Part shown: positions 56,781-64,000 of the stretch, piece after piece
Layout of the letters: the number at the start of each line of letters is the position of its first letter
How positions within the stretch are numbered: position 1 is the first letter of the stretch
Source of the DNA: Naegleria gruberi
Taxonomy: Eukaryota
Assembly (NCBI GenBank): GCA_000004985.1
Contig: GG738929.1
Strand: one strand, 5' to 3'
DNA length: 64,000 nucleotides
The notes under the pieces: model-generated
What the model saw: only the letters and a program-made list of their open reading frames with translations
What the model was told of the DNA's origin: nothing
The model's database searches: none
Position numbers and translations under genes: made by a program

Positions 56781-57266
56781 ATGTTTTCGTCTATGAATTC
56801 TATCTATTCTAACAATATTCTTTTCAATTTACAATTAAGACGGGAAGCCTGCCAGGAATATGGCGACAATCCCGCTACAGTCTTTGACTGTATGAACAGT
56901 GAAGGCAACGATCTTGCGATAGTTGGTTTGTTCAATTTGGTTGAGGAAATTAAGAAGATAACTGGCCTACTATTTATTTGTTGGCAATTAGCAAAGTTCT
57001 TCTTAAATTTTGGTTTGATTCTTTCACAAGATCAAATTTTGAATGCTATTGGTAAACCAGTCTTATCATTTGTTGTTGCAGATTTCGAAGATTCTGATAT
57101 GGAAGAAGTTTATCCAAACGAACCAGTTTCTTTGAAGGAAGGAGAAATTTTCAAATTGTATGGTAAAATCAAAAACTCTGGAAAGGAAACAGCTAAGGTT
57201 GCTGTATCTTTCAGATATGGTTCAAAGATTTATCACATTCAAGAACTTGATATTCCAACAAGTTAA
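56781..57266 (+). CDS. Hypothetical 161-aa ORF with a GC-rich 5' part whose codon usage is atypical for this genome
   Basis: An ATG sits at 56781. The segment 56838-56930 is GC3-rich (cgg gcc tgc cag ggc gac ccc), unlike neighbouring genes. The C-terminal half looks beta-rich. No domain recognised. Confidence 0.3.
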   Translation: MFSSMNSIYSNNILFNLQLRREACQEYGDNPATVFDCMNSEGNDLAIVGLFNLVEEIKKITGLLFICWQLAKFFLNFGLILSQDQILNAIGKPVLSFVVADFEDSDMEEVYPNEPVSLKEGEIFKLYGKIKNSGKETAKVAVSFRYGSKIYHIQELDIPTS

Positions 57267-58527
57267 CCGAGTTGATACAAATAAACGGTGAGACGGGCAA
57301 CGGGATGAACGGGATTCAGGCCGTTTCTTATTCTAAACGGGAGATTCTCTCCGCTTAATACTACAAGCTGGCAATTCAAATATGGAGAGAGAGCTTAGTA
57401 ACATTAATAAAATGAATGAGACATAATTACTTTTTGAATTTTCCTTTTATATTTGAAACTTTGACTCTGCTTACTTTCAATTGTTTGTTTAATATGGCTT
57501 GCTTGACTGAAGAATAAGCAATAACTAACACATCCAAACATCACCAAATTGGTCTGACTGGATTTTGAAGAAAAAATATTTCAACATCTAGTACGTGATG
57601 TACTTTGATGATTTACGGAGTGGTTTCACATCTTTATACCACAATAATTTCAGCCCTTCATCTATACATCATCTATATAATAGTAGTAATAATGATTTTT
57701 ATTGGAAAATTATCATCATGAAATTAGAAATCATTTTTCATCATGGAAAAATTGATGTTGGTGATACCATCATCTGATCATTCACCAACCATCATCAATG
57801 ATATTTTCCATCGATATAATAATAGTATTTAGTTATGATAGGGAAAGGTATGTGTGAAATTTGAAAATACACATGTATACTACCCATCATGTACTTCACC
57901 AAATCAAAAAGTTTCTTCTAGTAGTACTATTTAAATTGATAATAAACATCATATTTATTATAATTTATTCCTGTTCTTTTGTGTTGGTCAGGTTCCTGTT
58001 TGGTTGACTAAGAATTGGTTATTTACTCGCCCAAATTAAATTTCCAAATCGTGCAGCTTTCCCATGTATTAGTAAATATCAAATTAATAATAAATTTCAC
58101 TTTTTTTTTAATTTTTTATATAAGGCATTCCTTAACACTCTTTTTTTCCCTTAATTCTGAATAACTCTTGGATCAGATGACGAAACTTGAATTTTTTGAA
58201 TAATTATGGATATATATAAATAATGACAATGCTACTAACTGTAATTGGCATGTTTTATTCTTTGCGAATAAACTTGAAACAAATCTATTCAAAGATTTGC
58301 TAATTTGTTAGTTGAAATTACAAAATAAAACAACGAAACTTGAAATGATAACATACATGAATGCACACATCGAGTGGGGAAAGTTTCATGAAATAATAAT
58401 GTGAAATTTGATCTTGGGAATGAAATCGCTAAGAACAAGTAGATTAAATCCAACAACAAATGGAATCAATTAGAACAATTTTAGAATGTTACTGTGTTAT
58501 TGAGCTTAATATCCATTCTTAATTCCG

Positions 58528-58622
58528 TTTCTTACTTCAGACTGCCCCGTTGGACAGTTTCTTACTTGAGGCGGATTCCGTGAGACTGTGTGTTCCGTCA
58601 CTCCGTTTCTTAGTATTCACTC
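58528..58622 (+). promoter_or_regulatory. Triplicated GTTTCTTAC/GT-containing motif just upstream of the ATG at 58635
   Basis: TTCCGTTTCTTACTTCAG, GACAGTTTCTTACTTGAG and CTCCGTTTCTTAGTATTCACTCAG lie within about 95 nt. The patch is locally GC-richer than its surroundings. Confidence 0.25.
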
Positions 58623-58634
58623 AGTGTCCTAACA

Positions 58635-59144
58635 ATGTTCCTGAAGAGGCTGCCATGCCAACTTTGTGGGCTCAACAAAAGATTGACTCTCTCTCTGCAT
58701 TCCCTCAACTGTGCACAAGAAGCTAAAGATAAGCAAGAAAAGGAAAAGTTAGAAAGAATTATTAGTATGTGGAAGGAAAGAGTTAATTGGCATAAGACTG
58801 ACTTTAAATTACCTGAAGAAAAGCCAGAAAAGGAAAAGAAAAAGTTGGCTGCAATGGATGACTGTATTTCTGAATCTCTCTCTGTACAATCCTCTAGTTT
58901 GGATCGTTGTTGTAGATGTGAGGAGAATAGAGAATGTTGCAGACGTTCTTGTGCACCATCTCCAAGTTGTGCTAGAGGTTGTTGTTGTCGTTCTGCTAGT
59001 CCTTCTTTGAGTTGTTCAGATATCAGTTCAGGTCCACCACCACCTTCTGGAGGTGCAGGTAGTCCACCACCTCCTTCTGCTAAGTCAACAGCCTCTCAAG
59101 AAGAACCTAGTGTTGCTGGTACCATTCCATCTGGTAATTCATAA
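58635..59144 (+). CDS. Dubious Cys/Pro-rich ORF that overlaps the 3' end of the actin-like fragment on the opposite strand
   Basis: An ATG sits at 58635. The 169 aa carry a CCRCEENRECCRRSC block and PPPPSGGAGSPPPPS. They are low-complexity and partly antisense to the actin-like ORF. Confidence 0.2.
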   Translation: MFLKRLPCQLCGLNKRLTLSLHSLNCAQEAKDKQEKEKLERIISMWKERVNWHKTDFKLPEEKPEKEKKKLAAMDDCISESLSVQSSSLDRCCRCEENRECCRRSCAPSPSCARGCCCRSASPSLSCSDISSGPPPPSGGAGSPPPPSAKSTASQEEPSVAGTIPSGNS

Positions 59145-59785
59145 GAAACATCAGTCAGTGCCTTTTCATTTTCCTGTTCAAAATCCAATGCAACATAGCA
59201 AATATTATGCTTAATATCTGTCATGACATCTGTTGGATGCTCTGCAAAATATGGTATTTTACATCCAACAAATGCTTGAACCAAATATTCAGTAATTTCC
59301 CTTCCAGCAAAATTCCAACTTGAAATGGCATGTGTCAAGGCATATCCTTCATAGACAGGAACAGCTCTTGATACCATCTCTCCCAAATCCAAAACAATTC
59401 CACTTGTCTTGCCAGATGCAAACAATGCCAACACTCCTTGCATTGCCACATAAAAATTTGATATATTAAACTCCTCAAACACGATCTGCGTCATCCTCTC
59501 TCTATTACACTTTGGTTCCCTCACTGCTTCACTCATCAAGATTGGATGTAATTCTGGCCTGCATCTCAATTCTTCATAAATGGTTTGTCTCCAAACTAGT
59601 TCCATATCAGATATGTTGGTAATGACACAATGTTCAATTGGATATTTCAATGTACAGATACCTCTCTTAGCAATGGCTTCATCACCAACTACAGTGGTGC
59701 TTGTTGATTTCTTGTGATGGCCAACTATGGTTGGAAAGATTGATGTCGGAGTATTGTCTTGTTCATTTGCTATTCCTACTTTCAT
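59096..59785 (-). pseudogene. Divergent, truncated actin-like gene fragment, equivalent to about actin residues 20–250. It is a probable pseudogene or a decayed actin-related gene.
   Basis: FPTIVG...VGDEAIAKRGICTLKYPIEHCVITN...MTQIVFEEFNISNFYVAMQGVLALFASGKTSGIVLDLGEMVSRAVPVYEGYAL...ICYVALDFEQE...YELPDG follows actin colinearly. It lacks the N-terminal DNGSG phosphate-1 loop, the phosphate-2 DSGDGVTH motif is degenerate (DLGEMVSR), and the frame ends 9 codons after PDG, with the actin-like continuation in the +1 frame. Confidence 0.6.
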
Positions 59786-60460
59786 ATTACAAGATCAGTA
59801 AATAAATATCTCAGTTTAGTTTCTGAATAAAAAGTTGAAACCCAGTGTCAGGACTTGAACCTGAATTATGTGATTTGGACTTGTTGTTTAAGTATCGTCA
59901 GATTCACATGTCTTTCATTAGACTACACAGGGTTGAGTGGAATTGTTTTTTGGGTTTGATGTGTTGGCTGTGTTCAAGGATTATGAATCAGATTTTTGGT
60001 TTCAATGAATTAACATTTTCCAAATTTACCTTTCAAAGTTTGTTAAAAATCGGATTTTTGTGGCTTAATAATATCAGAGTTGTTTCTTAAGGAATGAAGA
60101 AATGTTGTTTACCCCCGATTATTTCGTAATTTTCTGACAACCATACGCCCCTAAATGAAAAGATAGATTTCTGCACCTCCTTCACCACCTCAAACTATAA
60201 TTCATGTCTCTTCCCCATCGTTTTCGGTTGTTTTAAAAAAAAGACAAAAAATAACTTGAAACCTCACTCCTTACCATTATTAAGCATTTTTCATCATTAT
60301 CACACCATCAAAAATGTTGAACACCCACTAGTAATGTTCTTCTACATGGTTTTATGTAGAAACCATCTAAAATTCATCTTCACTAGCCCAAAAAATTCAT
60401 TTCCTCTGTTGAAGAATATTTTCTGGTTTCTTTTTTTCTGTTCGGATTACAATTAAAAAA

Positions 60461-62552
60461 ATGTCTACAAATGCTACCAGGGCACAACTGTTTAATCCTT
60501 TTGGTGTTTTTGTTTCATCAAATAATGAAGTTTACATTGCTGATTTTTGTAATCATGCAGTTAGAAAAATATTAGAAAATGGAAATATTGTGACAATTGC
60601 AGGAAATGGAACTGCTGGATTCAGTGGTGATAATGGTCCTGCAACAAATGCACAATTTAATTATCCTTCTAGTGTTTTTGTTTCATCAAATAATGAAGTT
60701 TGCATTGCTGATTTACATAATCATAGAATTAGAAAAATATTAGAAAATGGAAGTATTATAACAATTGCAGGAAATGGAACTGTATGGATTCAGTGGTGAT
60801 AATGGTCCTGCAACAAATGCACAACTGTATAGGCCTTCTACTGTTTTTGTTTCATCAACTAATGAAGTTTATATTGCTGATTATAGCATAATCAAAGAAT
60901 TAGAAAAATATTGGAAAATGGAAATATTGTGACAATTGCAGGAAATGGAACTTATGGATTCAGTGGTGATAATGGGCTTGCAACAAATGCACAATTGTAT
61001 AATCCTTGTACTGTTTTTGTTTCATCAAATAATGAAGTTTATATTGCTGATCATACAATCAAAGAATTAGAAAAATATTAGAAAATGGAAATATTATAAC
61101 AATTGCAGGAAATGGAACTGATGGATTCAGTGGTGATAATGGTCCTGCAACAAATGCACAATTGTATTATCCTTCTAGTGTTTTTGTTTCATTAACTAAT
61201 GAAGTTTATATTGCTGATCAACATAATCACAGAATTAGAAAAATATTGGAAAATGGAAATATTATAACAATTGCTGGAAATGGAACTTATGGATTCAGTG
61301 GTGATAATGGTCCTGCAACAAATGCACAACTGAATCAGTCCTAATAGTGTTTTTGTTTCATCAAATAATGAGGTTTATATTGCTGATCAACAGTAATCAA
61401 AGAATTAGAAAAATATTAGAAAATGGAAATATTGTGACAATTGCAGGAAATGGAACTGCTGGATTCAGCGGTGATTCACCTTTTAATATTATAATGTATC
61501 CTCATATTGGAAATAAGTTATTAACTGGAAATAGTAGCTTGTACTCCAAAATAGAATATAATTTGAAAAAACATTCAAGAGATCAATTATTTGGATTTCA
61601 AATTTATGGATTCATTCCACTCATTGAAAAAATTTCACCAAAATTTAGTAATATTTTGAAGAATGAAAAGATGCTTTGTTTGATGAGTTCATCACAACAA
61701 GAAATTATTCAAAAATTAATTGATTCTTTGCTGTATGATAAGAACAAGGTAAAGTTTAGCAAAGAAGAAGTGTTGGATGTTTTATTCATTTTGGGTTTAT
61801 TTAAGAATGGTGAATTTATTGATTTGAAAAGATCATTGACAAGTGAATTTGTGAACTCATTCACATTAGAAAATCTTACTTTCAAATGGGAAACAATTGA
61901 AAATTTACTCAAAACTTGCAAAGAGGAATTTGGTATTCAAAATTACATTCTCGATCAATTGAATAACCATTGCATTGAATATGCTGCTGTTCAAATGCAA
62001 ACAAAAGAAGGAAACACTTTATTATCGACTCTTCCAATAATTATGAGAAATGCTACTGCCATATTTCCAAAAATGATCATTACTGAACCAACTGCAATTA
62101 ATATTGAGGAAACAATTGAAAATGAACCACAAACAATTGAATCATTATATGGTGATATGAAAACAAGTGATGTAAAAATCAAAATGGGACAAAACAAATA
62201 CTTATATTGTCACAAAACTGTATTGAGTTCATCAAGTACATTGTTTAATGCATTATTTGACAGTGGATCTTGTTTCAGTGATTTGAGTGATGATGGAATA
62301 TTCACACCTGACGAATCAGAAGATTTGGAATTATTGGAAATTGTGATCAAATATTGTTATAGAATTTCAATTGACAAAATTGATGCTGTTAAAATTATTG
62401 GATTACTTGATATGGCAATGAAACATGAAATTCAATATCTAATCAATTATTGCAAGAATAACTTTACTCTATCCATTGATAATTACTTTGCTATGCTTGA
62501 AGTTTGTGAAAATTTTTTGAATGCAATTTTTGAGAGAGATTCTCAAGTTTAG
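60461..62552 (+). pseudogene. NHL-repeat + BTB/POZ domain gene. Its NHL region is interrupted by frameshifts and stops. The C-terminal BTB ORF (61347..62552) is intact.
   Basis: The NHL motif reads FGVFVSSNNEVYIAD..NH.IRKILENGNI.TIAGNGT.GFSGDNGPATNAQ. The BTB domain reads DVKIKMGQNKYLYCHKTVLSSSSTLFNALF...LELLEIVIKYCYR. The reading frame breaks at 60797, between 60860 and 61160, and at 61340. Confidence 0.55.
60488..61500 (+). repeat. Tandem array of about 6 copies of a 170-nt unit, each coding one NHL repeat
   Basis: The unit (…AGGAAATGGAACTGCTGGATTCAGTGGTGATAATGGTCCTGCAACAAATGCACAA…) recurs at about 60600, 60771, 60941, 61111, 61280 and 61450. Copies 3, 4 and 6 carry 1–2-nt indels relative to intact copies. 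Confidence 0.8.
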
Positions 62553-62944
62553 CATTGTCAACAGAAAACAACTCTTCATAGATCAAAATAGAATTTCCAA
62601 ATTACCTGAAAAATTTTGGCAAGAAATCTTAAAGCTTTCACAGGACTTTTGAGATTGAGACATGAAAATAATTATAATAATTTATGTGATGCATTGTCAT
62701 TGACCTTTTACTATTCGAGACGGGACTGTACTCTCTCTCCTCCTCAATAAACAACAATACTTGGTAATGACTCAGCTTCCATTTTCTCTCAATGGTGCGT
62801 TTTGAATACAGAGGAAAAGACTAAATTATGACAAATACTTTACATTCTTAAAGCTGTGAAGTAAAAATTGAATCAGATGATGAAAGCTACTTATCCTCTC
62901 AAATAAACGAATGTCTTACTGTTTTATTTAAAATGGTATCTAAA

Positions 62945-63403
62945 TTACATAATTAAGCATTCTTGTTGGCTTTCTTCATTTTCATTGTTTCTTCTTCCTT
63001 GTTGTTGAATTTGTTGTTGTTGTTGATTGGGAGGGTTATTATTATTGGTAGCTACATACATGGCTCCTAAAGAAACTGCCCCAACAACAGCAAGTGCTCC
63101 CCAGAATGAGCCATTTCCTTGGTTAGTAGTAGTGCTTGTTACAGGTACTTCTGAATCCAATCTTGTTGTTTGCTCAAAATGTTCTGGTTCAATGAGATCC
63201 TTTGTGTGATCTCTGAGCTCTCCATTTCGGCCATTGTAAACTCCAAATGGTTTGATTGTACCAATCGAATCTATATCCCATTCAAGAATTTCAGTCAAAT
63301 AGCGAGAGGCATTGTTGCCACATCTCGTAACTTGTTCTCTGAGTTTTTGAAGTTTTCGTTTTTGATTTCTCCAAACCACATCTGGTGAATAGTTAATAGC
63401 CAT
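62945..63403 (-). CDS. Hypothetical tail-anchored membrane protein, 152 aa
   Basis: The ATG is at 63403. A single C-terminal transmembrane helix (FWGALAVVGAVSLGAMYVA) is followed by an N/Q-rich tail. Confidence 0.4.
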   Translation of the reverse strand: MAINYSPDVVWRNQKRKLQKLREQVTRCGNNASRYLTEILEWDIDSIGTIKPFGVYNGRNGELRDHTKDLIEPEHFEQTTRLDSEVPVTSTTTNQGNGSFWGALAVVGAVSLGAMYVATNNNNPPNQQQQQIQQQGRRNNENEESQQECLIM

Positions 63404-63555
63404 TGATTACTTGAATTTCTGGAATATGAATCAGTTCACATTTTAACTATTAAGATCTAGTTTTCGTATCCCCCAATCTTTCGAATAGTACTGAAATAGA
63501 CACACGAGTAAATCATATCCAACAAAGAATTTAATCCATTAGTATAATTCATTAT

Positions 63556-64000
63556 CTACTCATAATCAACCAAATAATCAACTAGAATTTCTCTAATACT
63601 GGAAGGAAATGATTTTGACATTACAATATTTTCAAAACTTCTTCCAGAGCTGTCTACAAACTTCTTTTTAGATCCTTTTTTTAAGAATTCCAAGAATAAA
63701 TCAACCCATCCTTGTACATCAAACTTTACAAAAGCATTCAATTGACTTGATATAAAGATGAGAGGATCACAATAAGGTGGTTGAACATTTTCATCAAATA
63801 CCTTATTAGAAAAATTGAATATTACTTGCACAAGTGTGTGAAACTCAGCCGGTATCCAACAGTCCCCCAATTGACAAGTGGTAATTCTGAAAATTAATGG
63901 AATTTCAGGATCATCCTCAATTTTGGAAAGGAGAATTTCAATATTGCTAATGAGTATATACTTTTTATGTCCACAGCCAAGTAGGGCCACACTTGCACTA
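63556..64000 (-). CDS. Hypothetical protein, partial. The 5' end lies beyond the window.
   Basis: The ORF runs off the window end and is non-repetitive. Confidence 0.3.
   Translation of the reverse strand, partial: SASVALLGCGHKKYILISNIEILLSKIEDDPEIPLIFRITTCQLGDCWIPAEFHTLVQVIFNFSNKVFDENVQPPYCDPLIFISSQLNAFVKFDVQGWVDLFLEFLKKGSKKKFVDSSGRSFENIVMSKSFPSSIREILVDYLVDYE

Noticed and set aside
56838-56900. Possible U1 snRNA, because of a CCTGGCAGG match on the minus strand
   Set aside because: The essential 5' ACUUACCUG splice-site-pairing sequence and the Sm site are absent. Similarity is limited to 9 nt.
58560-59100. Attempt to find actin C-terminal exons downstream of the actin-like fragment on the minus strand
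   Set aside because: Minus-strand frames there give G/P/Q-rich sequence with no actin similarity. The only candidate intron would be 16 nt. The fragment is therefore treated as truncated.

Overview
This window is an AT-rich, intron-containing eukaryotic nuclear locus. Introns are short (about 42–92 nt, one of 191 nt) with canonical GT…AG ends, stop codons follow the standard code, and coding sequence is about 30–38% GC. The organism is not bacterial or archaeal. Gene content points to an early-diverging fungus or fungus-like protist. The window holds a hybrid histidine kinase, a GUP1-like MBOAT, an NRPS-like adenylation–thiolation–reductase enzyme, and large F-box–LRR, BTB–NHL and DUF4116-like families. 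A clear DNAAF1/LRRC50 (dynein-arm assembly) homolog suggests the lineage builds motile cilia, so a zoosporic fungus is plausible; I cannot assign a species.

The first ~47 kb carries conserved housekeeping genes: the ABCB transporter tail, SEH1, tRNA-Asn, a 2,218-aa acetyl-CoA carboxylase, DUS3, an ES1/GATD3 homolog, DNAAF1, a GUP1-like MBOAT, intronless beta-tubulin, an acyl-protein-thioesterase-like esterase, the hybrid histidine kinase, RRP7, VPS4 (five exons), an ITFG1-like FG-GAP protein, the NRPS-like reductase and an AlkD-like DNA alkylation repair protein. From ~48 kb onward the window looks accessory: F-box–LRR, DUF4116-repeat and F-box-like genes, a piggyBac-derived transposase gene, a dispersed 5S rRNA inside a GC-rich island, a truncated actin-like fragment, and a decaying NHL-repeat/BTB gene.

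The ORF track calls TTG, GTG and CTG starts as 'M', so several ORF starts are not real ATGs. I traced splice junctions by hand where homology allowed. All gene models are sequence-only predictions, with no database search or RNA evidence.
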